DNA of 64,000 nt from Octopus sinensis (lineage: Eukaryota). Location of the stretch: contig NC_042997.1 in the NCBI RefSeq assembly GCF_006345805.1, positions 173,104,001 to 173,168,000 of the forward strand. The letters run 5' to 3'. How positions within the stretch are numbered: position 1 is the stretch's first letter; each line of letters begins with the position of its first letter. Made by a program: the position numbers and the translations under genes. Of the stretch, positions 37,946-51,504 are shown in pieces. The notes under the pieces were generated by a model. The model had not been told where the DNA came from, did not search any database, and saw only the letters and a list, made by a program, of their open reading frames with translations.

Positions 37946-39715
37946 GCTTCTTAACACACAATCACTCCTGGATTTAGGGGTACAAGTAACCAAGTCTACT
38001 TTGATATGCCACCATTTGTTAAAGAGAACAGTTGGAAGTGAGTCCTGAGTGAAGGTCACTGCTATATACAACGCAGACCAGGCACTGTGAGTAACATTTG
38101 AAGAAGCTGCTCCATTAGTGACCACTAACTTGCAGGTAAAGAGACTATTGACAGAGATCAAAAAATCGGTTAAGAGCAATGTACAAGGCCATTCTTATTT
38201 CCCCCCTCAGTGTTCTTTTAAAGTCCTGTAAATGTGAAGAAGCTCCCTTTCTTTTTCTGTCTTTTTTTCTCAAAGAAAGACAAAGAGTGCCCATGACTTA
38301 TTTTTTCAGACTTCTAAAGCTGGTGGAAAGAAAGGAGAAAGTGATCTCTAAACTGGAGACTTGGTGCCAAATGCTGCAATAGTAAACTCAGCTAAAGGAA
38401 CCAAAGGACCAGGTGGCAGTTAACTGGGCAGTGGATTTGACTTAGCATCTAAGAACTTTGAACACAATCCATATAATTAAAAATAAAATTACTTCCATAC
38501 TTTGTATTCATACTCAAGATCCAACAACGGTCACTGGCCTATACCTGGTCAACCTAGTCATTCTAACTGTACATAAGTCATTTGTTTAACCTTCAATTCA
38601 ACTCTAAATGAAGCACATTTATAATTAAGGTGGCGGGATGAGATTTGTGGGACATTTAGCAGATATTTCTAGAAGGTTCAGAAAACAACATTGGCGGGGA
38701 TAGTGTTGTATGTTGCAACTGTTAGCACCTGTCACTAATATAATTGATGAGTATTGTCAGCAGACAATGCCAAGCACAAATACTCCCATTTATGTAATGT
38801 GAATATAGGTGAGACTATGAGGTTACCTTTGCATAGTCACACAGCATGTTGGAACCACTTGGCACAATTTAAAATTATATAATACTGATGATGACTTATT
38901 TATACTTATTGCATTATTCTATAACAAAAAGTTCAAATTTAGTTCATAAAAGCTCAACCACAATTTACGATAATCCAAAAAATGCATTATGTATGCACAC
39001 ATATTTAGCTATCTGGGAGTGTGTGTGTGCATATGTATGTACAAGTATGTGTGGGTGAGTTTGTGTGTGTGTGTGTGTGTGCAGGTGTTATTTTCTTTGT
39101 AGTGAGGTTTCCATTGTGTTTTGAACCATCTTGTATAGGTTCCCCAACTCGTGATCATGGCAAACCATACTGCCATAAAAGGTAAGGCCAGATATGAGAA
39201 ACAAGACTTTTAGCATAAAAGGCATTAATGCCTACATGATCATGGCTCGGTCAATCAGATCAGCTGCTGAGTAGCCGAGACATCAACAATTTTTCCCCAT
39301 ATAGCTAGGCTGAACATTATAGAAACTGTTGGGTTTTATAAACTCCTGGAATTTTGAACTCCCAGACAGAATGATCCGAATTGCTACTCAAAGCTAGGTC
39401 ACTCAGTTCAATGATAAGTGTTCTCAATCTTTTTTCTACTTGTTCTGCTTAGAATGACCTGAGGTGCTACTCGAAGCTATTTAAGTCAGTTTTGTGATGA
39501 AATGTTTTCGCTTTTTCTATATAAATACATTATCAACAATTATGAACTGTTTCCATATTATTTAGTAATATTATACAGTGAAAATTTGCACTTGTTCCAT
39601 ATGAAATCTCTTGAATGCTATTCTACTTATTCAAATGTCATAAATATATATGTAAAGACAAATGTTCCAGGTTCATAAAAATGTACAAGAATACCAATAT
39701 TAGTGTACTTATTAA

Positions 39716-40011
39716 GGAGATGTGGAGGCGCAATGGCAGCAGACTTGTCATCGTAGGATCGCGGTTTTGATTCCCAGACCAGGCATTGTGAGTGTTTATT
39801 GAGCGAAAACACCTACAAGTTCCATGAAGCTCCGGCAGGGGGGGGGGCGATCCCTGCTGTACTCTTTTGCCACAACTTTCTCTCACTCTTTCTTCTGTTG
39901 GCCTGCTCACTTAGCCAGCGGGGTGGCATCATTTGAAGGCTAAAACAATGCGAAGCGCATTGTGACCAGCGATGTGTAGCAACATCTGATAGCCTGATTG
40001 GTCATGGTGAT
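39716..40011 (+). mobile_element. SINE family D
   Basis: ggaggcgcaatggc...ggttttgattcccagacc head; tail gccagcggggtggc.tcatt.gaaggctaaaacaatgcgaa is also seen reversed at 56070-56180. Confidence 0.75.
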
Positions 40012-40555
40012 TATAATAATAATAATAATAATTGTGTACAGTGCTCAGGTGCACTACAACTCATCTAAAGTGTATATATAATCAGGTGTAGTTTCGACGG
40101 ATTTCGGGAAGCATGAGGGCCTTAAAGGATGCAGTGTCATGGCAGTCAACAACTGATGCAGGCAGTTTATTCCACGCTTCAGCAACCCTGAGCGTGAAAA
40201 AATGTTTCCGAAAGTCATGGGAGCTGTGCTGTTTTCTGACTTTGTAGGCATGTCCACGTGTGTTAGACACATGGAGATCAAAAAGGTGTTCAGTGTTGTT
40301 GTTGGTGAGGTGGTTGATAACCTTGTGGGTGTTTACCAAGTCCGTCGCTAGACGCCGGAGCTTCAGTGAATCCATGCCCAGGGAAACAAGGCGCTCAGAA
40401 TATGGTAGGTGTCTGATGGAGGGTATGCGTTTGGTTGCACGTCTCTGGACAGATTCCAGGAGGTCAATGTTCTGAGCAAGATAGGGATTCCAAACTGATG
40501 ATGCGAATTCCAAGTGTGGTCGTACCATAGCTGTATACAGTTTTAAATGGACATA
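40012..40555 (-). mobile_element. 5'-truncated CR1-clade LINE
   Basis: Open frame LKLYTAMVRPHLEFASSVWNPY...LESVQRRATK...YSERL..L..SLKLRRL..DL...TRGH...RKHFFTLRVAEAWNKLP (stop at 40082-40084), short 3'UTR and (ATT)n tail. Confidence 0.93.
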
Positions 40556-41271
40556 ATAGGCAGCCCAACAAATGTTGTTATTCGTCAATAGTTATTTAAT
40601 GAACCCTACAACTTCATTTCTGATCTCAGTCCTGGTTGTGAGTGTGCATAACATCAGGAGGTATGAGAGGTGAATAGATTTCTTATTTCCATATCATTAC
40701 AACTGACTTGTAATTTCCATAGAGCATCATTAATTCAAAAATTCCAAATTCTATACATACATTTTACATTAATACACATACAGCATTTACATAATAGAAC
40801 AGTATATTCATGTTGGGATGTATAATAAAGAAATCTAACTCATCATTTAACGTCTGTTTTCCATGCTGGCATGGGTTTGACAGCTGACCAGCTGAAGGGC
40901 TGTTCAGGCTCCATGTCCGTTTTGGCATGGATTCTACAGCTGGAAGCCTTTCCTAACATCAGTCACTTTACAGTGTGTACTAGGTGCTTTTATGCACATG
41001 GATGTTTTTCATGTGGCACCAGTATTTACAAGCCTGAAAGATTAGGGATAGTCAGCTGGAGCTGGTTGCAAGGGATGAGCTTGTAAGCAAAGGCAACCAT
41101 GTCTTTGTATATGTCTAACATCACGAATACATCCCAAGATTCAACTCTGCTAAACAAACGCTCAACTCTTTTTATACAGAATGGGAGGTCAAAACTGGAA
41201 GTATATACAATATTTAGATTTGTAAAAGAAACCATGTAATATATACATGTGTATGTATGTGTCTTTTACTC

Positions 41272-41652
41272 TTTTAGTTGTTTCGGTCATTTGACTGTGG
41301 CCATGCTGGAGCACCGCCTTTAGTCGAGCAAATCGACCCCAGGACTTATTCTTTGTAAAGCCTAGTACTTATTCTATCGGTCTCTTTTGCTGAACCGCTA
41401 AGTTACTGGGGTGTAAACACACCAGCATTGGTTGTCAAGCGATGTTGGGTGGACACAGACACACAAACATATACACACACACATACATATATATATATAG
41501 ATATACATATATGCAACAGGCTTCTTTCAGTTTCAGTCTACCAAATCCACTCACAAGGTTTTGGTTGGCCTGAGGCTATAGTAAAAGACACTTGTCCAAG
41601 GTGCCACACAGTGGGACTGAACCTGGAGCCATGTGGTTCATAAGCAAGCTAC
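41272..41652 (-). mobile_element. SINE family A
   Basis: Family A motifs. Confidence 0.88.
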
Positions 41653-41685
<33 letters not shown>

Positions 41686-42106
41686 TACACATACATACAA
41701 ACAAACACATATGTGGATGTAAACTTATATAATCTATATTCAATATGTAGAGTGAAAAACATTGCTCAACAAAATGGCAGAGTCATTGTTTGGTCTTACA
41801 GTGATTTGATAGCTTAACCGAAGCTATCAACATGTATACAACCAACCAAACAACATGTGAGACGGCAATATAACCAGCGGTTTGAAAACAGGTGTCACCA
41901 TTGGCTAAGTTTGATTTGATGAATGTCGAAATAAAAGTGAAGTACAGCTTAAGTTAATGTATACAACGGTCCCTGGAGAAGAGGAATATTCTTGATACCT
42001 AACCAGCAGGATTTATGGAAAAGTGAATTTTATGAACTAATTCACTACTGTACCTTACGACTCGTGCAAGTATGTGTGTGCGTTTGTGTGTAGATGTGTG
42101 TGAAAT

Positions 42107-42153
<47 letters not shown>

Positions 42154-42944
42154 TCCTAGGTGGAGAATACATTGAATTATTAACAATTTAATATCACATA
42201 AGGCATTAAGTAACTTGATGGAAATTTAGCAGAAACTGAAAACCTCTCCAAAGAGCGTGTATGTATTTCTTTGACCTACCTTACACTTCTACATCTATCC
42301 TATCAGATAATTGACAGCATACAAGGAGGAAAGGAGGAGAGAAGGCAGGGAAAGAGATGTGTTTCTTTCTCTAACTGTATACAGAATGTATGAACTTGAT
42401 AATGAATGATTATAAATTAGTAAAACATGCTATAGAGGTCAGCATCTCAAAACAGTATTAGTGTCGGATGAATGAGTGAGATAATGGTAGAAATCTAATG
42501 CAGTGGACATTAATGCGTCACATTATCAAATCTCCAGGTTTTGCATTTAAATTTTATCGTAGTCCAAATTTGCTTTCTACCTGTCCATTGTGAAATAGGT
42601 AAGAAATACCAGAAAAATATACTAAGTCATTCCAAACAACACTAATACACCCCTATGTATGTGTATATATGTGTGCATGCATGCACATGACAGGTGTCAA
42701 TGGAAAAAAAAAAAGGTTCCACGTTAAAGAATTCATCACTACAGCAAGATTTTCAGGAATGCAACACTTTTGCAATGCAAGAGAACACATACACACAGAT
42801 TGAATGAATAAGAAAGGTGTGCTCAACAAATGTTGTGGGGGATATGTTTGTGTTTTTCTATTGAAACTAAAGCTGAGAGTTTCATGCAACTGTGATATTC
42901 TCAAAGCACCATCAGTGAAATAAATTTATTGCAATGTTCATAAT

Positions 42945-43700
42945 ACTCTATAGAAATTACTTGATACCTTCTGATACTTAGGTGATCTAATCAGCTATAG
43001 AAGAAGGTATACTCAAAGCATGGTGGTCACAATTAGAGTAGGGTGGTAAAGTTTGAGGAGTTATCTCCTATATTGATGACAAGGCAATATGCGGAAGGCA
43101 CGTGTGACGAGGTCGTCCTGGTCACGTGAGCAAGGGCGTACGGGTGCACAGCAGCGACGGTGATTCGTAGGCGCAGGCAAGGAGGAAACCGAATGTTCGA
43201 TGGCGAGAGGACGAACGAGCGGAAGCCGGCGGGCAAGCGAAGCTGCCGAGGAGCATGACAACGGCGACAGCAAGTGCGCTGTATACTGTGCATGCTAGTG
43301 CTAGTTCTACAATGCATGGGCAGGAATTGTAATACTGCATGGTAGTGAGATTTGGGTACATGCACAGGATATATGAAGACTGGAAAAATACGAAGTTAGC
43401 ATGATTTGAAACTGTACATGAAGAACAAGACAATGAGAAGCAGAGAAAAAACTGAGTAAAAGAGGTATTAATTGTAGAATCTAAGAGTCACAATTGCATT
43501 GGTATGGATATGAGATGTGTACGGCTCTTGTCAGGTGGGTGATGAAGTAACAGGGGATTCATGTGGAATGATATAATGGAAAAGGAAAAACCAAAGTAGA
43601 CGTGGGCAAAAGTGGTGAAGGCTGAACCCAGAAGGGGAACGAGAAAGGAATGTAACAAGGGGCAAGTTGCAGCATTGAGGGTACATATTGAACATAAGCA
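42945..43700 (+). mobile_element. Decayed RTE LINE interrupted by a younger insertion
   Basis: YLGDLIS...IRVGW-KFEELSPIL before 43095; ILHGSEIW...RLEKYEVSM...LHWYGY...TWAKVV after 43312. Confidence 0.8.
43103..43311. mobile_element. CpG-rich 209-bp insertion with TGT...ACA ends (candidate solo LTR)
   Basis: tgtgacgagg...ctagttctaca, with many intact CpGs, inside an old RTE. No TSD at these ends; ATGC flanks the slightly longer 43093-43311. Confidence 0.45.
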
Positions 43701-43819
43701 AAAACAGGAAAACAGATATTAAAATGGTGTCTATCTCAGCATCATCTCAAGCCTCTGGCTGAAACCAGTAAAAGGCTAAAAGAAAATACATTGCATGTGC
43801 GTGTATGTGCATGTATATA

Positions 43820-43869
<50 letters not shown>

Positions 43870-43944
43870 TACATATACATACACTATCATTATCACTATT
43901 TAGAATCTACTTTTCAAGGCTTGCATAAGTCGGACAGAATTTGT

Positions 43945-44170
43945 AAGGTGGCAAGCTGGCAGAAACGTTAGCGTGCCGGGTGAAATGCTTAGCAGTATTT
44001 CGTCTGCCGGTATGTTCTGAGTTCAAATACCACTGAGGTCAACTTTGCCTTTCATCCTTTCGGGGTTGATTAAATAAGTACCAGTTACACACTGGGGTCG
44101 ATATAATCGACTTAATCAATCCGTTTGTCTGTCCTTGTTTGTCCCCTCTGTGGGCAGTAACAAAATAAGA
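43945..44170 (+). mobile_element. SINE family B (tRNA head, Nin/Deu-like core)
   Basis: B-box gagttcaaatacc; core gtcaactttgcctttcatcctttcggggttgattaaataagtaccag resembles the Nin/Deu SINE domain (recollection). Confidence 0.85.
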
Positions 44171-44409
44171 ATTCGTTGCGGTAGATTTTCTGCAGCTAGG
44201 TTTACCTGTCAGCAGCCCTCACCTATTTCCAAGTAGTACAGACATGGTTTTTCATGGAAGACTGGAAATAAACATCCTCATTTCTATGGTATTGATGTTT
44301 GTTTACAACCATCACATTATGTCCAGACAAAGATACTCACAAACACGTGTACACACACTTACATATGCAACTCTCTCCCTATATATACACACACACACAC
44401 ATACATACA

Positions 44410-44631
44410 TACAAAGGGTTACCGGAAAGTTCTTGGCTTTAAAGGTGTTGCAAAAGGCCTGGTTGGAGGCCTAATTTTCCAAGTTCTTTTAGAGGGCTTA
44501 GAAAAACTGAAGGACAGCTGCAATAAATGTGCAAATCTGAGAGGGAACTATGCTGAATAAAACCATAATTAACCGATCCTCCTGTAGTTTCTTTCATCAA
44601 AAATCCAGAAACTTTTCAACAACCCCTTGTA
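44410..44631 (+). mobile_element. Non-autonomous mariner derivative
   Basis: TA-flanked imperfect TIRs; internal LEGLEKLKDSCNKCANLRGNYAE* resembles a mariner transposase C-terminus. Confidence 0.75.
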
Positions 44632-44644
44632 TTTACACATACAT

Positions 44645-44941
44645 ACGACTCGTGGCCGATGCCAGCGCCGCCTCGACTGGCTTCCGTGCCGGTGGCACAT
44701 AAAATACACCAATCCCACCGTGGCCGTTGCTAGCCTCGCCTGGCACCTGTGCAGGTGGCACGTAAAAAGCACCCACTACACTCACGGAGTGGTTGGCGTT
44801 AGGAAGGGCATCCAGCTGTAGAAACATTGCCAGATAAGACTGGAGCCTGGTGCAGCCTTCTGGCTTCCCAGATCCCCGGTCGAACCGTCCAACCCATGCT
44901 AGCATGGAGAACGGACGTTAAACAATGATGATGATGATGAT
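44645..44941 (+). mobile_element. SINE family C
   Basis: Tandem head units, aggaagggcatccagctgtagaaac core and (gat)n tail. Confidence 0.9.
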
Positions 44942-45404
44942 ACACACACAATAGGCTTCTTTCAGTTTCCGTCTACCAAATCCATTTACAAGGCTTCCAT
45001 CAGCCTATAGCTTCTTGGCCAAGGTATTTATGCAGTAGTTAAGGAAATGTTTTAACCATACAGCTATGCCAAAAAATACTTAAATGTTGTGTGTGTGTGT
45101 ACATATTGAACATTTCCACGTTTACGTGTGTCACATAAAAATAGACATAAATTTTCTGTAGTCGATGTTCTTCTCGCCAAGCTTAAACTATTCTAAAGCA
45201 AGGTAAGAATTGCTGCAAGTTCTTCAAATATAAACAGCCTGATGGCCAGACATGGTTCCGTGGAACGTTGAGAATGAACAACACTGTATGTATGACAGTA
45301 AACATTTGTTTACAAACAACACACGATGTAAGTTGAGGAATTAATATGTACTTAAAAATACACACACACACACACCTATATGTATATGTGTGTGCGTGTG
45401 TGTG

Positions 45405-45440
<36 letters not shown>

Positions 45441-45486
45441 TATATCTTTATCTATATATTATATCCATACATCATTGTCTCTCTCC

Positions 45487-45562
<76 letters not shown>

Positions 45563-45763
45563 TCTTTATCTATCTATCCACACACACACACACATTTTGT
45601 TTCTTTTATATTTATAGGTATTTTTTTCATTTTATATCTGTTATATATTTCCAATGGAGTGTAAATTAGTCAGAAATATCGAAACATTTCTTTCTGTCAT
45701 TCACCTTTTTACCAAATTATTTTTTGTGTTGCTGTTACTACAAATTTGAACGCACACCCATGG

Positions 45764-45818
<55 letters not shown>

Positions 45819-46897
45819 CACACAAAGAAAAAGGAGTAAATGCGAGATAGCAGAGGAACTGAATGAAAGAAGAGTAAATGACAGTGAGAAAAAGAAGAAG
45901 TTTAAAAGAAAGACAAGAAAAAAAAATTGCAAAAAAACAACAATTAAAAAAATGAGTAAAATGAGAGAGAGAGAAAGAAGTAAATGAAATTGAAAGATGA
46001 ATAAGTGAATGAAAGCAAAGAAAATGAAAAAGAGCAAAATAAAAGACAATGAAAGAGAGAAAAAGGAAGGAATAGAAGGGAAGTGAAACACTGAATGAAA
46101 AAGAATGAAAGAAGAAAAAGAGAATGACCTGCTCTGGTGGATGGGGGGTGGAGGAGTGGTGGATAATTATTTTAATAATTTTGGTACCACTAAATATTTG
46201 CCATACTGAAAGATCTCTCCTACTATCCTTGCTACTCCTGCGTATTCTCTTGTGCTAAGTATTTTCTCGGTGGAGAGAGAGAGCTTGTGTCTTTTCACAG
46301 ATATTAATGGAGAAAAACAACTGACTGACTTGTGTATATGGTGTGTGTGTGTGTGTGTGTGTGTGTCTATTCCTTTGTGTGTGTGTGTGTGTGTGTGTCT
46401 GTGAGTAGCATGTGTGAGAGGAAGAGGCTATGTGTGTAATGTTTGGTGTGCGTGTGTGTATGCATTATGTTCATGTGTGTGCCTATGTTCACATGTAAAT
46501 GAGATGTAATGTTAACGTGTGTGTGTATATAATGTATAATGTTCGTGTTTTTCTGATGTGATGTATTTTTGCGCGATGCTCAAGATGGTGCCCCAGCATG
46601 GCCACAGTCCAATGACTGAAACAAATAAAAGCTATGTGGTGCGATGTGCATACTGCATGTGCACATTGTACTGTGCATGTTGTGTATTCCATAATGTGTA
46701 TGCACATGTCGTTACATATGCAGCACAAAATGTAATGATATTGTGTACATAATATACTTACAATAAGTAAATAATGGTACGTGTCTGTGTGTCATAGGTG
46801 TGTTCATGTGGTGATGTTTGTAGACACAAGTGTCTGGATATTTCTATGTGATGTGTACACGTGTATAACACCCATTTTTGTCGTCATCATCATCATC

Positions 46898-46928
<31 letters not shown>

Positions 46929-47529
46929 AAAGTAGCACTGATGATCATTGATGATGGGAGATGATTTCTTTATTTGTCACAAGGGCAATACAAATACGAG
47001 CAAGTAGGCTGGTGAAAGAGGAAAGGAAAGATATCCTGAAGAAGTGGACAAAATAAGGAGGGGGAGAGGAAAAGCTGAAGACAAAAAAAAAAAAAATTAC
47101 AAAAAGGAGTAAATAAAAAAAAAAAAAAGAAGAAAAAAAAACAACTGTGCACATCCCACAATTGCTGCCTAGACAGAATGGCAGCAGGCAAGGAAGGAAG
47201 AAAGGAAGGAAAGCAACTTGGACTGAAATTTATGTCGGAAATCTTTTCCTATGGAGATGTGTGTACGTGTGAGTGTGTCTGTGTGTGAGAGAGAAAGAGG
47301 ATACAGAGTTGGGCGGAGTGAGAGAAAAATCAGCAATAGCATTTGAGGTCTGGCCAGTTGAAAAATCAGTAGAAATGGCTTTTTTAGCAGGAAGGATGGG
47401 GTGTGAGGACAATTGGAAGTAGATGGAAATAGCTGCAGGGAAAGAAATATAGAAAAAAAGAAACAACAACAACAATAATAATAATAATAATAATAATAAT
47501 AGCAATAAAATATTGATAACAACACTGAC

Positions 47530-47970
47530 AATAATAATCCTTTCTATTATAGGTGCAAGGCCTGGAATTTGGAGGAATGGGGCTAAATCGATTACACCAA
47601 CCCCCAATACTCAACTGGTACTTATTTTTTATCGATCCTCAAAGGGCTTGTAAGGCAAAGTCAACCTCAGAAGAACACAAGGATGGACAAGGGTGCTAAA
47701 GATTCTGCCAGCTCACTGCCTTGATGATGACGATGATGACGATGATGATGATGATGATCCCTTCACAAAGCCATCATTTTTTAGGAAGAAGCTATTGGAT
47801 TACATCTACTCCAGGTCTCAACTGGTACTTAAGGTTAGGTTCACATCATCAAAAGAGGTGACAGCAACAATAATATACAACAAAGTATGTAAAAAATAGA
47901 ATTCAGGAAAACAAACAGAATCCTCAATAGTAGAGTAGTCCACCAGAAAGCTAACAATTCTGCCAGCTTC

Positions 47971-48001
<31 letters not shown>

Positions 48002-48460
48002 CCTTTCTACTATAGGCACAAGGCCTAAAATTTGGGGGGAGGGGGCTAGTTGGTTACATCAACCCCAGTGCTTAACTGGTACTTATTTCATTGACCCTGA
48101 AAAGGTGAAAGTAAAGTTGACCTCGGTGGAATTTGAACTCAGAACATAAGGATGAATGAAATGCCACTAAGTACTTTGCCTAGCATATTAGCACTTCTGC
48201 CAGTTCGCCGCCTTATCATGGGATGATAATAATAATAATATTAATCCTTTCTACTAGAAGCACAAGGCCTCAAATTTGTGGGGAGAGGACTAGTCAATTA
48301 CATCGACCCCAATGTTTCACTGGTACTTAATTTATTGACCCAAAAAGGATGAAAGGCAAAGTTGACCTCAGAGGAATTGGAACTCAGAATGTATCGGCCA
48401 GTAAACTACTGCAAAGCATTTCATCCAGCATGCTAACGATTCTGCTAGCTCACCACCTTG
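47530..48460 (-). mobile_element. Chain of co-oriented SINE family B copies linked by (AAT)n/(GAT)n
   Basis: Copies at ~47535-47720, 48000-48213 and 48245-48460; further fragments to ~50360 and at 52455-52590. Confidence 0.85.
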
Positions 48461-48826
48461 GTAATAATAATAATAATAACAATAATAAAAATAATAATGA
48501 TAATATCTTTGTTTTCTTTATTTAATGATTTCAGACATTGCAACATAAAGCCATAGATCTCAAAGGAGGAGGGGTATTGATAACAAAATAAACATAACAC
48601 TTTAATGACCCTGTAATGATGGAAACTGATAAAATGTGACCTAACACCGCAAGGGATTTTCCCCTCAGTGCCCTACCAATTTTGCATTTACAACAAAGAA
48701 TACTACTACTGCTACTACTACTACCACAATAATGATAACTGCTAATTTTTGATACAGGGCCAGCAAATTTGAGAGAAGAGGCATGTCAATTACCTTTTGT
48801 CTGACACAGTAAAGATTCTGCCAGCT

Positions 48827-48865
<39 letters not shown>

Positions 48866-50509
48866 AAATCATCATCATCATCAATCCTATCTATGAAAAA
48901 CACAAGGCTTGAATTTTTGCAGGGGTGGCTGTGAGTCAGTTACATTGACCCCTAGTACTCAATTTATTGACCCCGAAAGAATAGTAACTATTTTCCCCTA
49001 CTTCCTTTTTTTCCATCTACAACACCTAAAGGAAGGTCTGCAGGTGAAAAAAATTACTGCGAGGAATGTTATGCACAAGCAAATCTCCAAAACCCATCCA
49101 CACAGATACTGAAGAAATATAGCAAAAAAAACAATCCATCTTAATATAGACACATTACAGCGAGAGGCTAAGTCAACCTTGGTTCCGATTTTGAACAGAA
49201 TATAAATGGGACATAAAACTAAACACTGCATTGCTATTTGGCCAATTTTGCCACACACTGCCTTAACAATAATTGAGCTGTTTGAAAGTATTTCCTAACC
49301 AGAGTGTAGTAGTAGTAGTAGTAGCAGCAGCATTTATGGTGGGATTCTATTAAATGAAGCCATGGTGAAATAGTGTAACATTTATCAGGTTAAAAGGTTA
49401 CGACCTTTGCTATCTGCAAATATGTGTAACAGTTAAGGCCAACAGAGAGATGAGATTGAAACTGTGGTGGCGGTCAGAGTAGTTAGTATGTTAAGTTGTT
49501 TACAATTGTAATATCTGTATATTCTGACATAAGAATGGAGGGAAAAAAAATGTCTTTTAATCACTTTTTTACATTTCCATCAGATTTAATTTATATTTTA
49601 ACTCCCTTGATACCAACCTATCCTAGATCAACCCCTAGTTCTATGATACAAAAAACATTTAGTTTTAAAGGATTCATACTTAAGTTAAAACAGCCAATCA
49701 TAAAAAGAATATTTTTCTTGAGATATGTTCTAAAACAGCAGCATAAAAAAAAAAAATTAACAAAATCTAGTTTATCTTACTAACGAAATTAATAAGATAA
49801 CTATTAAGATAACCAAATTCTTGATTAATTTCTAAATTAATTAAAACATATATTCGGTGTATTTCATCATAAATAGGGTAACAAAATGGTTATGGCAGAT
49901 CTAAAGAGAAGGGAAAATCATGCCATATATCCCTGCAAGGAATGTAATTAATTATACAATAAAATTTTGAAGATCCAGTTTTCAGTAATGTTGTAATATA
50001 ATTAATAATTAAATAATGACAATAAAGACAACAATGATGATGATGATGATGATGATGATTTAGGCACAAGGCCAGAAATTCTGAAGGGAGGAATTGGTTG
50101 TAACCTGATCTCAGTTACTGACCATGATTCATGATTCCGATAGATGCTGTCTTAATAATAATTCTTTCTACAGGGCCTGAAATTTTTGGGTAAGTGGCTA
50201 GTTGATTACAATGAATCCCAGTGCTCCACTGGTACTTATTCTTTATTCTATCAACCCCCTTCAAGAAAAGAAAAAGGATGAAAAGCTGTGTCAACGTCTG
50301 TAGAATCTGAACTCAACGTAAAGAGCTGGAAGAAGATGTTCCTAAGTATTTTGTCTGGTATCTGCCATACACATTGTGTGATGGTGAACAAAATCTAAGC
50401 AGAGATTATCATCAATGTGCGTGTGTGTGTGTGTGTCTGTGTGTGTGTGTGTCTGTGTGTGTGTGAGAGTGTGTGCATGCACATGTACACACACATACTC
50501 TTTCAGTTT

Positions 50510-51263
50510 CCAGCATGCATAAACACACACTTCTTTCAGTTTCCAGTGTGCACATGCATGCATGCACACACCTCTTTCAGTCTCCAGCTACCAACACTCT
50601 CGAAGTTTTGGTCAGCCCAGTGCTTTAGTAGAAGAGACTTGCCCAAGGTGCCATATGGTGGGACTGAACTTGAAACCATGTGATTTGGGAAGCAAACTTC
50701 TTATCACACGGCTGCACCTGTTCTAAAGATTTTATTAATCCACTGCCCTTGAAAGAGTAACAGAAATAAGGCCAGTTACTATCATGTCATTACATACACA
50801 CTCGAATAAAAACTGCAACACACATACACTGATAATGTTTATTCACTGTCCAGTAGTAACAACAATATGCATCAGAACTGAAATGGAATGGTATTAGAAA
50901 AATGATAATCTGTGAGTGTTAGCTGTATAGGAGGGAGAGAGGGAGAGTAGTAGATAATTCACAAGTATGTTACATAAACAAACACATAACTGATACCAAT
51001 TCCATTGAGTGTATCTTTTATAGTATAAACTGAAATTTTATAGCAACTAACAATATCAATATATATGTAAGTAAGCATATATATATATATCTCATTCATT
51101 TGTTTCAGTGTTATTTGACTGCGGCCATTCTGGAGCACTGCCTTTAGTCGAGCAAATCAACCCCAGGACTTATTCTTTGTAAGCCTAGTACTTATTCTAC
51201 CAGTCTCTTTTGCTGAACCGCTCAGTTACAGGGACAAACACAGATGGATATCTATATATATAT

Positions 51264-51302
<39 letters not shown>

Positions 51303-51450
51303 GACAGGCTTCTTTCAGTTTCCGTCTACCAAGTCTACTCACAAGGCTTTGGTCAGCCCGGGGCTATAGTAGAAGATGCTGAAGGTGCCATGCAGTGGGA
51401 CTGAATCTGGAACCATGTGGTTGGTAAGCAAGCTTCTTAGCACACAGCCA
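50510..51450 (-). mobile_element. Two SINE family A copies (~50510-50720, ~51095-51450)
   Basis: Family A motifs. Confidence 0.8.
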
Positions 51451-51458
51451 ATCCTATG

Positions 51459-51504
<46 letters not shown>

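Noticed and set aside
37960-38460. Moderate-GC segment with an SDH-like triplet suggesting an APE endonuclease relic
   Set aside because: Other APE motifs could not be recovered; unassigned.
39139-39181. Plus-strand 43-nt AG...GTAAG segment encoding GSPTRDHGKPYCHK (LIM-like GKPYC)
   Set aside because: Too short, lacks the other zinc ligands and partner exons; such splice pairs are expected by chance in 64 kb.
43033-43433. Several overlapping Arg/Ser/Cys-rich ORFs
   Set aside because: A by-product of the GC-rich insertion having few stop codons.
45162-45202. Plus-strand 41-nt segment between an acceptor and GTAAGA
   Set aside because: No recognisable product and no coherent exon chain.
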